Part shown: positions 24,562 through 36,400 of the stretch, piece after piece
How positions within the stretch are numbered: the first letter of the stretch is position 1
How the letters are laid out: each line of letters begins with the position of its first letter
Source of the DNA: Amoebophrya sp. A120
Lineage: Eukaryota > Protista > Dinoflagellata
Length of the DNA: 64,000 nt
Assembly (NCBI GenBank): GCA_905178155.1
Contig: CAJINV010000017.1
Coordinates: forward strand, 736,722-800,721
Direction: 5' to 3'
Program-made: the position numbers and the translations under genes
Notes under the pieces: generated by a model
The model's input: only the letters and a program-made list of their open reading frames with translations
Databases searched by the model: none
Told to the model about the DNA's origin: nothing

Positions 24562-26257
24562 ATGTCCTGTCCCTGCCGAAAAAGGGCCCCGGGAACTACT
24601 GGGCTCGATGGGAACAGCAACTACACGGATTTCTACAAGAAACTGGAGCCGGAGTCCAAAGACTTCTCCCATTTCGATTTCGACACGATTCACCACTACA
24701 ACCGCATGACCATCCTCGAATGGCTGTGTTGCCCAAAGAGAAACACCGAAAGCACCTGGACCATCGAGAAGCATATCAAGCCGAACTGCATGCAGGGGCA
24801 GATCGTTTTGATCACCGGCGGGAGCTCGGGGATTGGTCTTGAAACCGCGAAAATTCTCTCCTGCATCGCCGGCGCTTGTGTGGTGATCTGCTCCTCGGAC
24901 AAAGAAAAGGTCGATCAGGCCGTGACGAAAATCCGGAACATTATCCGGGCGAAGAAGAAGGAGTTAGAAGATATCCGCCCGGTGACGCGAAGGAGGAAAA
25001 ACATTCAACCGACGGCCGGGAAGTGCTTCGGGCTGGAGTGCGACCTGGCGAGTCTGAGAAGTATTCGGAAATTTTCGGAGGAGTTTAAAAAAAAGTTTGA
25101 TCGCGTCAACGTTTTGGTCCACAACGCAGGGGTAATGCGGTTCGATACTGGTGCAGCTGCATCTTCTTCGAGCACCAGCGACACAAATGCAAGTAAAAAT
25201 ATCTTTCGCACAGTGGACGGGATCGAGCGGTTCACCCAGGTGAATTACCTCGGAGGGTTTTACCTCACGAAATTGTTATGGAACCCGTTGCTACGCGCAG
25301 CAAATTCCACTTACGGCCAGGAAAACCCGGGGGCGGTGCGAGTGGTGCTGACGACGTCGCTGTCGCATTGGGAGGCGAAAAGAGGCGTTGACTTTTCGGA
25401 CGAGGCGTGGACGAAAGAAGTTGCGGGCTCAGGGTCGTCCACAGCAGCCACATCAATTACAAAGGAATACAACAAGCACGGCGAGTCGAAGCTGATGGCA
25501 CTACTGTTCATGCGAAAGCTGGCGCAACGTCTCGAAGAGAAGAACAAGCGCAAGAGGTTGGTAAACATCAGCGCGACCTGCTGCCACGTGGGAAAGGCGG
25601 AGACGAATTTGCGGAAAAGATCATCTCAGACGATTTTGAACAGTGTGTTGCAATTTCTCAACCCAGTCAGCTGGTTTCTCCCCAGCCCGATGCCCGCGGA
25701 GCAGGCGTGTTTGTCGCAAGTGCTCTGCTGTGTAGACGAAGACGTGCAGAACGGGTCTTTCTACGGCCCCGATCACGTGGTAACCGGGTTTCCGGTGGAA
25801 GTGAGCGGGCGGAAGTACCACGAGAGCAGCTTCGCAAACAACGAGGCGCAAATATCAAAGTGAAAAAAGCCCCCACCCCATATCGAAAACGAAATTTGTG
25901 ATGCTGATATGCAGTACACAAATCGCCTTGTAATGCTAGAAGGCCAAGAGACGCAGCTGTGGCCTCGTTTGCAGGCAATTTGTGGTGCTGTTTCCCACTT
26001 CCGCTGCCCCCTGTCATGCTGAAGATGCAAGGCTTTCCCACGCCAACCAGCACTACAGTCCGCATCTACTTTTCCCTTCCGGCATGACAAAGCTGATTTG
26101 TGGCCGCAAATCTGCATCACAAGTTTCTAGTTTGAGTATGGGGTGGGGGGATTTTTCATTTTTATAACAAATGGATGAATTGTGGACGAAAAGTGAGAAG
26201 TTGATCGGGGAGAAGTTTTTCGTGTCCACCGGGGCAGTGGTGCCGGAAGTGAGATGA
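24562..26257 (+). CDS. Short-chain dehydrogenase/reductase, retinol dehydrogenase-like; 2 exons
   Basis: ITGGSSGIG, CDLASLRSI, HNAG, QVNYLGGFYLT. The C-terminal MDELWTKSEKLIG appears only after removing 25853-26171. Stop TGA at 26255-26257. Confidence 0.88.
25853..26166. mobile_element. Introner / MITE-like intron (314 bp), decayed TSD GCAAA/ACAAA
   Basis: Imperfect ~60-bp TIR (tatcaaagtgaaaaaagcccccaccccata... / ...tatggggtggggggatttttcatttttata). Excision gives EAQ-MDELW. Confidence 0.88.
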
Positions 26258-27156
26258 TACTGAACGACGGTTTCATAATTCTTCGTAGGATAGATATTAT
26301 AGAAGTCAGTAGGTGTAGGGCTTCATCTACCTCATCTAGGGGTCGTGGTGACTTCCTCCTGCGACGAAGCTCTTTTTTACCATGGCGTAGAGAGGAAAAA
26401 TTCTACCGCGCTATAGAATGTGAATGTGTTTGTTGATCATACAAAATTACGTTTTCGAAATATACTTTTCATCCTAGCTTTTCTTAACCACTTTTGAGCG
26501 CAACATGGATTGACCTAACCACCGTTCCGCGCTGAAGAAGGGCACAGCAAGAAAGTGTGGTGTGCTGGATCACGCTCACCTAAGTAATTTCCGCTTGAAA
26601 ATAAATCTACGGCTGCAACTACTTGACGTTGTGTGTCGCGTTGAAGGGTCTTGTTACGTCAGGCTCCCACGGCTGAGCTGTCAGGCGGATCGTTGCAAGT
26701 ACTATAGCATGATCAAAGAGCGAGCACCGTGTCTGTTTGAAACAAGTGGCGGATCAAATGCAATACAATGTCGGTTCGAACTTCTAAACCTCCCGATGGA
26801 TCGGTAACCCGTTCGTACATACTGTGAATCGTCGTCGGTCGTACACAAACAGCATTACTATCTTCGGTATCGTACACACATAGCTCGTGCGCACTTACTA
26901 CACATCGTCATCGTATACCAGTACTGATATGTCTAATGCCGCATTCTATCGTAACTACAACATTTGACATGCACACTATACCAGGTGCCTTGAGTCGAGT
27001 GACAATTTGCACTCCCACTACTACCATCGTAACTTGACCTTCGGCACGGTTTACCTTTCGGAGGGATGAAGTGTGTTCGACATTTCCCTAAGATTACTTA
27101 AGTTTTGGGCCGAAGTAGATCGTGGCGACCTCCAAGACGAGAGAAACAAGTCGAAA

Positions 27157-28990
27157 ATGCAACCTCGTGTCTCATCGGTGGGGTCGAGGTGCGGGGCCTC
27201 AATCCTCGCTGCCCACGAGGCCTGTGTCGCGTATAAAGAGCAGGAACGGCTGCAGCGGCGGCGCACGTCCCGTCTGAGTACGCTCTCCACGCGAACCGGC
27301 ACGTCTCGACTGACCACGACGAGCACGAGGACGAGCTCCATCCGTCCGTCCATCTTCCAGCTGGATCGAGCTCGTCTGACCATCCCGCTACTCGAATTCG
27401 AGAAAAACCGTCCCATTCCGGAGGAGGGGCTCCTGCCCGCGGGAGAGTGATGATGATGAATCTCCGGTGGACGCGTCGTGGTCGTCGCTACTGCCGCGCC
27501 TTTTTTCCGGAGCCGTGCCCCTGTTCTTCATCGGCGTCCAGTTCGCGTTCATGAAGATGACGGACACGGCGCTCGCGGGGCACGTCGACGCTTTTTTCCT
27601 CACGGTGACGGCTTTTTCCGACTTTTACACGCAGCTCTACAGCCTCGTCACCAACTCCCGGGTTCTTGGGTCGCTCGCCGCGCCCGCCTTCGGCTCCCAG
27701 AACTACCAACTGGTCGGGGCCTACCTCCAAACGGCACTCCTGGTTCTGTTCACCCTGGCCATTCCGGTTGTTCTTTTGAACTGCTGTGCCGCGTTTGTCC
27801 TTCGTAACCTCTTCGACCTCCCTGCCGCGGTCGCGGACCTGTCGGGGTACTACGCGATGGTGCTGAGTTTGTGTCTGCCCGCACAGATTTTGATGACGCA
27901 GATGAGCCAGTTCCTGGTGGCACAAGAGTGTGCGGACTTGGTGGTTGGTACCGTCTCCATCGGGCCGCCGGTGTTGAACTTATTGCTGGGCCTGCAATTA
28001 GTGCTGGGAATACCGCTGGCTGCCTACGGGTTTGGATTTTCTGCGTGCCCTTTCGTCACGGTGGTGGTGGAGTGGGTGGGGCTCGCCGCGGTTTTTTTGG
28101 CAATGCGCGCGAAGACGAGTAGGAGTGTATTAACTACAGAAAATAATAAAACGGCCGGGGTCACGACGTTCACGACCTCTGAGGGGATAGTGATTACTTC
28201 TGAACAAGACACGACCGGGGTTGAAGATGAGATCATCACGAACACGACAAGAGACGTGTGGCGGTGCTGGCCGACCCAATCCGTCATCTTCGACAGGAAG
28301 TACCGAAACGAAATCATCCTGCCGAAAGTCCGCCCCTTCCTCGAGCTGCATCTCCCCCAAGTCCTCTCGCTGTCCAGCGACTTCTGGCGGCTGTCGGCCA
28401 TTGGGTACATGGCCAGTTGGCCGAGCATCAACGGCGCAGGGGTTTTTAACGCAGGGTACAGAATCGCGGAGCTAAACATGACACTAACCTCCTCGCTCGC
28501 AACTGCGGGCAATATGCTGATTGGGGCGAGCCTGGGCAGGGGGGACGGAGAACGCGCCCAAGAAGTGTACCGGAAAACGCTTTTGTTGGTGATTTCGATC
28601 CTGGTATTCACCAGCGCGATTTGGTTATTGTTCCCGCGGCAGGTCGCCAGAGTCTTCGCCACAGACGAATCCTTCTTGGAGAGCTTCGAGGGGGTTTCGC
28701 TGAGTTTCTCCTGCTTCGTGTTTTTCATGAACCTCGCAGTGGCGCTGGAGTCCGTGCTCCTAACGCTGAAAAAGAGCAACACTGTGCTGAAAGCATCCCT
28801 GATGGGCTCCTGGCTGGGGCAGGTGCCTGCGGTGCTCTTGTCGCTCTGGTTTCTGGGTCTCCAGCTGGAGAACATCTACTGGGGAGTGACCATTGGATAT
28901 CTGATTTTGTGCTTGCTCTACTGGCAAGCGCTGAGAGAGGTGGCGTGGGACCGGGAAGCGGAACTTGCGCAAGACTTCATGGACCAGTAA
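27157..28990 (+). CDS. MATE-family efflux transporter with an apparent 1-nt frameshift near 27440
   Basis: About 12 hydrophobic segments. Motifs LAAPAFGSQNY, AAYGFGFSACP, IGASLGRGDGERA, LGLQLENIYWG. The N-terminal ORF (ATG 27157) stops at 27450 and the transporter body is in the +1 frame. Confidence 0.8.
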
Positions 28991-29694
28991 ATCTAATGTA
29001 ATAATTTTTGTTTTTAGGGGAGGCAGGTTTAGGCAGGCGCTTAAGGCGTTGGTGAAGACGTTCATCACCAGCAGACCACAAGATCGCAAAAAATGAATTG
29101 CTCTGCTCGTTCCCTTCCTCCTCTTCCTTCAAATCTGTAATGCTTATTAATTTGCCACTCTGCACACAAGTGCCTTCTACCGCTTTCGCCCAGCACTATG
29201 ATTCCACTTCCAGAATTGCACTCATGATTGCAAGTTCCAAAATACGAAGATCGTAATTCAACCAGGAACTATTTTTTCCACCTAGCGTGATACTTTTTAT
29301 GTTTTACGTAGTTTTAGGCTGGTTACTTCAAATGCTTTATTGTTGTAACTCTCCTAATGTAATTTTTGTGGTGCGAAGGCGAACAACTTTCCGGGTGTTC
29401 GGTGAGACGGCAGGGGTGTTCTATTGATTCTCGAGTGACCTCGGTGCGATCTTCGTTTTTTCCTCTGTGACCAGCGACCGACTTCCAAAAATGAGCTGAG
29501 TTCCGAAATATTCCCAGTTTTTGTTCTCATGCAATGGTTCCCAAGCATGAAATTTGAGTCTCATAATGAATTAGTTCATTCTTGTACCGCTATCAATAGA
29601 GGCTGTCCTGCTTTCGGATTCGGTCCTTGAGAGGCGGAGGAACGAATAAGCACCGTACTTAGAAGTACTGCTCTTGTGAAAAAGTACACACAAG

Positions 29695-32600
29695 ATGGAG
29701 GATTCGACCGGGGAGACTGCTTCTACCGTGTCACCTTCCCGGAGAGTAGCAGATGGCGCAGCTGCTAGCGCATCTCCGAAAACAAGTGCGGAAGATCGTC
29801 CAACCACCGATTCCGCTGGTGCTTCACTTTCTTCCACCCCACCGCAGCTGCCCGATTGGAAACTGGAGGAATTTTACACGGTCAACGCGAAGTCCATCGG
29901 GAAAGGCGCCTACGCAGAGGTGAAAAAGGTCGTTCATCGGCCGACCAACGATGTCTACGCCATGAAGTCGATTTTGAAAAAGCAAATCGCGGAAAAAATG
30001 CTGGAAAAGCAGGTTCTGCGGGAAGTCGAAGTGCACCTAAGGGCCACCAATCCAGATTTGGATACAACTTCGACTAATTCGATCGCACAGAGTACAACTA
30101 GGGCGGGTAAAAATGAAAGTTCGTCGTCGTCATCCGCTAGAAGAAGAACTTCCTGCGACAACATTATCCGCATGTTTCATTTCTTCGAAACTAAGGATTG
30201 GATCTACTTCATTCTGGAATTGGCAGCACACGGACATTTGTTGAAGTACATGCGGAAATTTCCCGGGCAGCGGATTGAACCGCTGGAACAGGACTGTTGC
30301 CGGTTTTTCAAGGAGGTTTTGCAGGGCGTGTCGTTTCTCCACGAGAAGCTGGATGTGATTCATCGAGATCTGAAGCCGGAGAACGTCTTGCTTTGTAATG
30401 CGAGAAATGGTGGACGAACCCGAACGGGAAGGCATGCTCAGCCAGCAGCTTCCAGCGGCTCACCTGGGATGCTGACAAGGAGCGACAAGGAAACTACAGC
30501 ACCGGTTCTGACAGCCAAAATCGCGGACTTCGGCTGGTCGCGACACTGCCACACGACCAAGGCAGTTGAAGGAACTGAAGTATTGCAACAAAATACAAAT
30601 AGTACAACAGCGCATCAAACAAATCAACGCCCCTCTGAGGTACTATCGGCTGCTGTAGCCGGCTCTGAATATAGTTCCACGACGACCGTGACAACCCCCG
30701 ACCGCCCTTCTTTCTGCGGCACCGCGGATTACTTGTCCCCCGAGATGGTCAACCAAGAATTTGCGAAAGTTGGGAAACCGAACGACATTTGGGCACTGGG
30801 GGTTTTACTGTATGAGCTCCTTACCGGGTTCCCGCCGTTTCGCGTTTTTAATGCATCAACGTCAGCAACCCAGAAGGAACTAACAAGCAAAAGCATCTTC
30901 GCGCAGCAAATGGACAAGATTCTGAAAACCGACTACCAGGACGATTTTCTCTCCACCGCGCTGACCGACAAGCTGCGCTTTCTGAAAATCACCGACCGTG
31001 CGGCAATCGACGAACGGTTGGAGCCTTTTCGTGCATTGTTGCGGCAAAAGATGCTGGTCAAGGAACCCGAGGCAAGGGTCGTGATTCGGGTTGTGGTGGA
31101 AGAGATGGAGAAAATTGTTCCAGATAATTTTATCGGAAACACGACGACCCGAGGCGGGAATGAACTTGAACTTCAGCATCAAGGTACTTCATCAAAGCCT
31201 TCCGCCTCCAAAAGTCCTCATCCCGGCACGCAGCAGGCAAAAACCCCCGTCCGCCAGCACGATCAAGAACTCTTTCTCCCTCCTACTGTTCCTCGGTTGC
31301 CGGAGCAAAGTCCTGTCGTGCCACGCAGTACTGCTGGTGCAATCGGTCCGACTGGAAGATCCGGGGGTGTCGCTTCTCCTGCATTCGGCACTACCACGCC
31401 GGAGAGTTGTGCAACTTCGAGCATCGCAAACCCAGCGACGATTTTTATTTCGCCTTTGCAGCCACCTGCTGGTGGTGGTGCTGGGGGGAATAGAAATGGA
31501 CAGAAAGTAGATGTTGGCGCTGGTGACGTCGAAAAGACGAGGTTCATGAACAGCACTGTACTACCGGCAGGAGCATCTTCAGCAGCTGCAATGCCGCAAC
31601 CGGCTGGCACTGTTGCCGACTTGAAGCAATTTCTCGCGAGCATGCAAGGCGAACGGTCACAATTGATGGGGATCGGGGAACAGGAAGAGAAAGAGGTAAA
31701 AACGGACGATGTAGTTGAAAATACGTTGGTTGTACCGTCTGGTCGTCAGCCTTCGAACAGCACTGCGCACAGGCACGATTCTCTCGAACGCACGCTATTC
31801 GACAACTATGCGGAGAAGGGAGCGGCAGCCGTGTTGGAACAGACCAGGAGCGAGGACGCAGCATCTGCAACAATTTTCGTGCCTGCAAGTAGAACGAGAA
31901 TGAAAGACGATTTGCCGGGAGGAAATGAAAATAACGGCTCATCACTAACAGAAGCAGCACCTCCCGAGGAGGACCAAACGACCTCCACGGCTGAGGAGCT
32001 GCGTTTCGTGGAGCAGTCGATGCGCCCTGAAGAACTTGCGAGACTGCTGAAGTCGATGAAGAACACAGACAAGCCTGTTCTTTCGCGACCTAATGCAGCA
32101 GCAGCTCCTGCGCCTGCGGGGGAAAATGAAAAAACAACTACTGCAAATGCTGTTTCCACCGCCGAAGGTGAAGATGTTACTCCTGTTCTACTGCCAGAAG
32201 AACAACCTTCCACCGTCGATTATTCGACCGCAGCACGACAGAACAGCGGCACGGAGAACACTTCTAACAACTACTCCGCCGAGCTGCTGTCCCATCTTCG
32301 GGGGAAGCAGGTCTTCGTCGGCGATGATAATCCGGACGACGGAAGAAGTCCGTTTTACCAGGCGAGGGTAAAACCCGACGAGATTCTGGATTCGGACGAA
32401 GAGGAAGGCGATGGAGAGTATCACAGCCGGCGGAATCTGCATGACGAATTTGATGCTCTAGGTCTAGATGCGGACGACGGGGATCTTCCGAACAAAAGCG
32501 TGAATTACCGCAAAAGCAACAAGGCCACAACCCCGGGCACGCTCTTTGCAGAAGAAGGACCTGTGCTGTCCGGGGAAAACGTAGCGCGACTGCCGCCTCC

Positions 32601-32925
32601 AACCATGGGGAATCTGAAAAGCTTGATGGGGTTTGACCAGTCTCCAAACCTGACCGCAGGGAAGAAAAACCGAGCGGATCCCCAGCAGCCGCATTCCGGC
32701 GTGTTTGTGATGGACAGGCAAAGGAAGGATAATGAAAACAGCGACGTTTATCCGCAGAAAGAAGTAGGGTTTGGTTGTAAATTTGACATAGTGCTGTCGA
32801 AAGACAGTAAGCTCGAAGATTTCGTGAATTCAGCGGATACAACTCCAGTCGAAAACCTGGATGAAACACACAAACTTACGCACGTTGCAATCAGAAATAA
32901 ACCAGCTGCAAAGCGAAAGTGTTAA
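29695..32925 (+). CDS. Ser/Thr protein kinase, Aurora-like, with in-domain insertions and long disordered tail
   Basis: IGKGAYAEV, AMKSILK, QVLREVEVH, HRDLKPEN, IADFGWS, FCGTADYLSPE, DIWALGVLLYELLTGFPPF. May splice onward into the exons at 33-43 kb. Confidence 0.88.
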   Translation: MEDSTGETASTVSPSRRVADGAAASASPKTSAEDRPTTDSAGASLSSTPPQLPDWKLEEFYTVNAKSIGKGAYAEVKKVVHRPTNDVYAMKSILKKQIAEKMLEKQVLREVEVHLRATNPDLDTTSTNSIAQSTTRAGKNESSSSSSARRRTSCDNIIRMFHFFETKDWIYFILELAAHGHLLKYMRKFPGQRIEPLEQDCCRFFKEVLQGVSFLHEKLDVIHRDLKPENVLLCNARNGGRTRTGRHAQPAASSGSPGMLTRSDKETTAPVLTAKIADFGWSRHCHTTKAVEGTEVLQQNTNSTTAHQTNQRPSEVLSAAVAGSEYSSTTTVTTPDRPSFCGTADYLSPEMVNQEFAKVGKPNDIWALGVLLYELLTGFPPFRVFNASTSATQKELTSKSIFAQQMDKILKTDYQDDFLSTALTDKLRFLKITDRAAIDERLEPFRALLRQKMLVKEPEARVVIRVVVEEMEKIVPDNFIGNTTTRGGNELELQHQGTSSKPSASKSPHPGTQQAKTPVRQHDQELFLPPTVPRLPEQSPVVPRSTAGAIGPTGRSGGVASPAFGTTTPESCATSSIANPATIFISPLQPPAGGGAGGNRNGQKVDVGAGDVEKTRFMNSTVLPAGASSAAAMPQPAGTVADLKQFLASMQGERSQLMGIGEQEEKEVKTDDVVENTLVVPSGRQPSNSTAHRHDSLERTLFDNYAEKGAAAVLEQTRSEDAASATIFVPASRTRMKDDLPGGNENNGSSLTEAAPPEEDQTTSTAEELRFVEQSMRPEELARLLKSMKNTDKPVLSRPNAAAAPAPAGENEKTTTANAVSTAEGEDVTPVLLPEEQPSTVDYSTAARQNSGTENTSNNYSAELLSHLRGKQVFVGDDNPDDGRSPFYQARVKPDEILDSDEEEGDGEYHSRRNLHDEFDALGLDADDGDLPNKSVNYRKSNKATTPGTLFAEEGPVLSGENVARLPPPTMGNLKSLMGFDQSPNLTAGKKNRADPQQPHSGVFVMDRQRKDNENSDVYPQKEVGFGCKFDIVLSKDSKLEDFVNSADTTPVENLDETHKLTHVAIRNKPAAKRKC

Positions 32926-33473
32926 AATGAGCAACATCGTCGTGATTACGGGCATTTTTTGTTTGTGCTTCGTTTTGCACTTCTTTTCTCTGTCGTGTCT
33001 ATCGTACAAACTTCTAGAGGTCGAAGGTACAGTGTATTGATTACTTTTCTTCCTGGAGGTGGAGAGAAATCATCCTTACACGAGAGAAGACAAATTCAAA
33101 AAATTGAAACTCGAGCAGAGCCACTCACTCGAAGGGCAGGAGGATCGATGGAAAGATGTCAACTTGCTCAGGCAGTTTCGTCTCAAAGTCCTTCTTTCAA
33201 ACTGGCGGTGCAAACGCGGAATCGGAGTACTTCTGGCCATAGGGAAAATGAAATCATAAGCACTCTGGGCCGCACGCACGAAGAAGGAGAGACAAGCAAA
33301 AGTGAACGACGAACGAGAGACAAGCAAAGTCGCATATAATCTTCTTCTTGCAATAAAACTTTACTTGCTCGCTCACCAATAAAATGAAAATGTAGGAGGT
33401 TCTGGAACTGTTTTTGAAAGTCGATGTTGCTGGAAGGTAATTTCTACATTCCTTGTTGATTATCTCCACATCA

Positions 33474-36400
33474 ATGAGTTTACGGCGTCATTTTGACCGG
33501 AAGAACCAGGAGACCAACACCATGCAGGACCTGCGGAGCTCGCTCCGGAGTCTGAGCCAGACCATGCAGGGTTTGCTCGGTCCGCAACCAACGCGACACC
33601 AGTTCGGCACGGACCAGACCCCGCCGAGGCTGAGAATACCAATTACGACAACCACGCCCTTGCGTGGGAAGAGCGTCGGTAGTTGTAACACTCCGACCAG
33701 TGGGCAAATAAAACCGCTTTCCGCAAAGGACCGCATGGTGACGAGCACGCCGAAGAGCGGTAAGAGCAGCCCGTTTTTGTTCATGAACGACAATTCCGGA
33801 GTAGCAGTGCCGTCCTCGTCGAGACAAGTCGCACAACAACCACCTTCACTTTCTGGAATAAACGCAACATTTGCCGTTCCCCAGGCCCGAACCGCGAGCG
33901 CGCAGTCCGCGTTTACAGCCCGGACGCTGTCGGGAACAACCACGAACTCCGTACTCGGTGCCTCCCGCGGTCCGACGACCAAGGCGCAGGTCCATCCAGA
34001 TGTGCACGTGACCCACGCGGAGGTCCAGGCGTATCAAATGTAAAAATGTCTGGGTCTGGAAGAATGCAACTTGTGATGCTGCGTTTGGATGTCTAAAAAA
34101 TTTGTGTTGCATGAGCACCACAAGGAAACTAATTTTTGCTGCGCGGAAAAGGCATTTTTCATGCGGAATAGGCATTGGGAAGCCCTCTACAAATCTGTGA
34201 TGCTAGATCATGCATTAGAGGCATCATGGATCATACAACATATGCATGACAAGTCTCAGAATCTTCCAGACCCAGACATTTTTACATTTGATAAGGCGGG
34301 CCGGTTGTCGATGTCCCGGATACCGCACCACGAACACGTGAAGAAGCGGCACATCATTCTCCACGGCGGGCTATCAAATGTAAAAATGTCTGGGTCTGGA
34401 AGGTTGGAACTTGTGATGCTAACTTTGGACTCTAAAAAAATCTGTATTGCATGACCAGCAATAGGAGCCCAGTTTGTGCTACGCGGGGAGGGCATTTGTC
34501 ATGCGGGATAGGCATTAAGAAGGCCTCAAAAAATATGTGATGCCAGATCATGCATTACAGACATCCTGAGTCATGTAAAATATGCATAGACAAACCTGGC
34601 AACCTTCCAGACCCAGACACTTTTACATTTGATACGGGCAAACCCCGGCGAACTCGCCTTCGAAACAAACGATCGTGAACAATGCCTCCGGTCCGCCGAG
34701 TAAGAGCAGCGTGGCCACGGTGGGAGGAGGCAGTGCAACAGCTTCGGGAGGTGCTTTTTCTGGTCCTCCAGGTGCTGGAATAGGTGCGATTGCAGGAGCT
34801 GGATCTAGTACTGTCCGCACCCCACCGTCCTCAGTGACCGCGACGCCGTTCAACACACCGCAACAGTTTAAACCGGTGCAGCTGACCGCGCGGCCGGCGG
34901 GGCAGGTGTTGCAGGTCGAGAAGGGGCATCTGGACCCCCGCCACCCGTTGTCTTCGTCCACAGAGAGCTTCGCTACGGCGAGCAAATTGGACCGGGCAGC
35001 GGCGAACGCGGTGGTGAATAGCAGCAGTAGTACTACCTCAGGTCCTCTCGTCGTCGGTGCAAACAGCACTGTGACAGCCACAACTACAACGCTATCCCCA
35101 TCCAAACGCTCCTCCTCCGCGGGGCCGGCGAAGAAGGTCAACTTCGCGTCCGGGATTGAGGGCGGGTTATCGCAAATGAGTACTACTGCATCTTCTTCGA
35201 ACATGATGTCGAATACTTCTTCCGTCGCCGGATCTATGGCCCGAAGTAGTAGTTCGGGCGTGAGCAAGATGAGATCGGCGACGAGGAGACTGCTCAAACT
35301 CCACCAAGCCCCCCAGTTTTCGGAGAACGCGTCGCCGAAACTCGCCAGATTCTCCATGAAGGAGGGCGAGAAGCCGGAGTTGCCGCACGTCTTCCGCTAT
35401 CAACTGCAATTATGTCTGGTTCTGGAAACTTGTAATGCTGTGTTGGGAATAGTGCATGCGCTGTAATGCACAGGCAAGCATGAGTAATATCTGCGCTTCT
35501 TTGTGTTGCGTTTTTCGCATGACATGACAGGCAAAAGGGTCTCTTCTTGGACACGCATCATAAACTTGTTGGTCATGCCAGACAAGCATGACAAATGCAA
35601 ATCTCGCAATCTTCCTGACCCAGACACTTTTGCATTTGATATCCGCTCGGAGTCGCCCGCTCTGCGCGACCTGGCGGTGGAGAAAGACAAGCCGCACCCG
35701 CACGTGCACACGGCGAGACAACACCTGAAGTCCGCGGTTGCCGCGGTCCGGACGAACATGCCGGTGATCCCAAAAATCGTGTTGCCGGGGCAAAAAAGAC
35801 CCATGCCGAAAAGCGGAACGCCCGTGGTGACAACTGCAACCACGCCGACAACGGATCTGACGGTGAACAACGCGGTGCCGTCCACGACCGATATTAACAG
35901 TAGAATGCTGCCGCCGGGGACCACTTCTGCTGGAGTTGCGAAGCACGAGAAGGTAGGAACCCCGGTGAACTTGAACCCGACAACGTCTTCTAGCGGTATG
36001 GCAACTTCTGCTGCAAGTAACACGACAGCTGGCAGACCGCAGCCAAAAGTGCCGGCCTCTCTACTCGTCGCGCCACAAGAAAGCATGAGTGGCAGCACAA
36101 GGACTCAGCTAGAAGTTCCTCCCCCGCTCTCTGCTCGCGGGAACAAGGGCACCACTGCAAATCCGCCAGTTCCAGAAGTGCCACCAACCATGATTCCGGA
36201 CACGACGAAGAACCTGGCGAACGTCACCCTCGACAACCTCAACGCCCATATCGACGACCACTTCACGCACAGTATCTTCACCAGTGGCGAACTGTCCGGC
36301 GACAGCGCCACCGAATCCGCAACGGCGCTCGCGACAGCGCCGACGGGGCCGTCTTCCGCGCGGTCTGGGTCACTGATCATCGACCGGCGCGGGGAAGCAA

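Noticed and set aside
34089-34454. Recurring peptides NLPDPDIFTFD / SNVKMSGSGR in several ORFs
   Set aside because: These are translations of the introner TIRs, not a protein domain.
34032-35641. CRISPR-like repeated 32-mers
   Set aside because: Copies alternate in orientation with ~200-nt interiors and TSDs. There are no cas genes and the context is eukaryotic.
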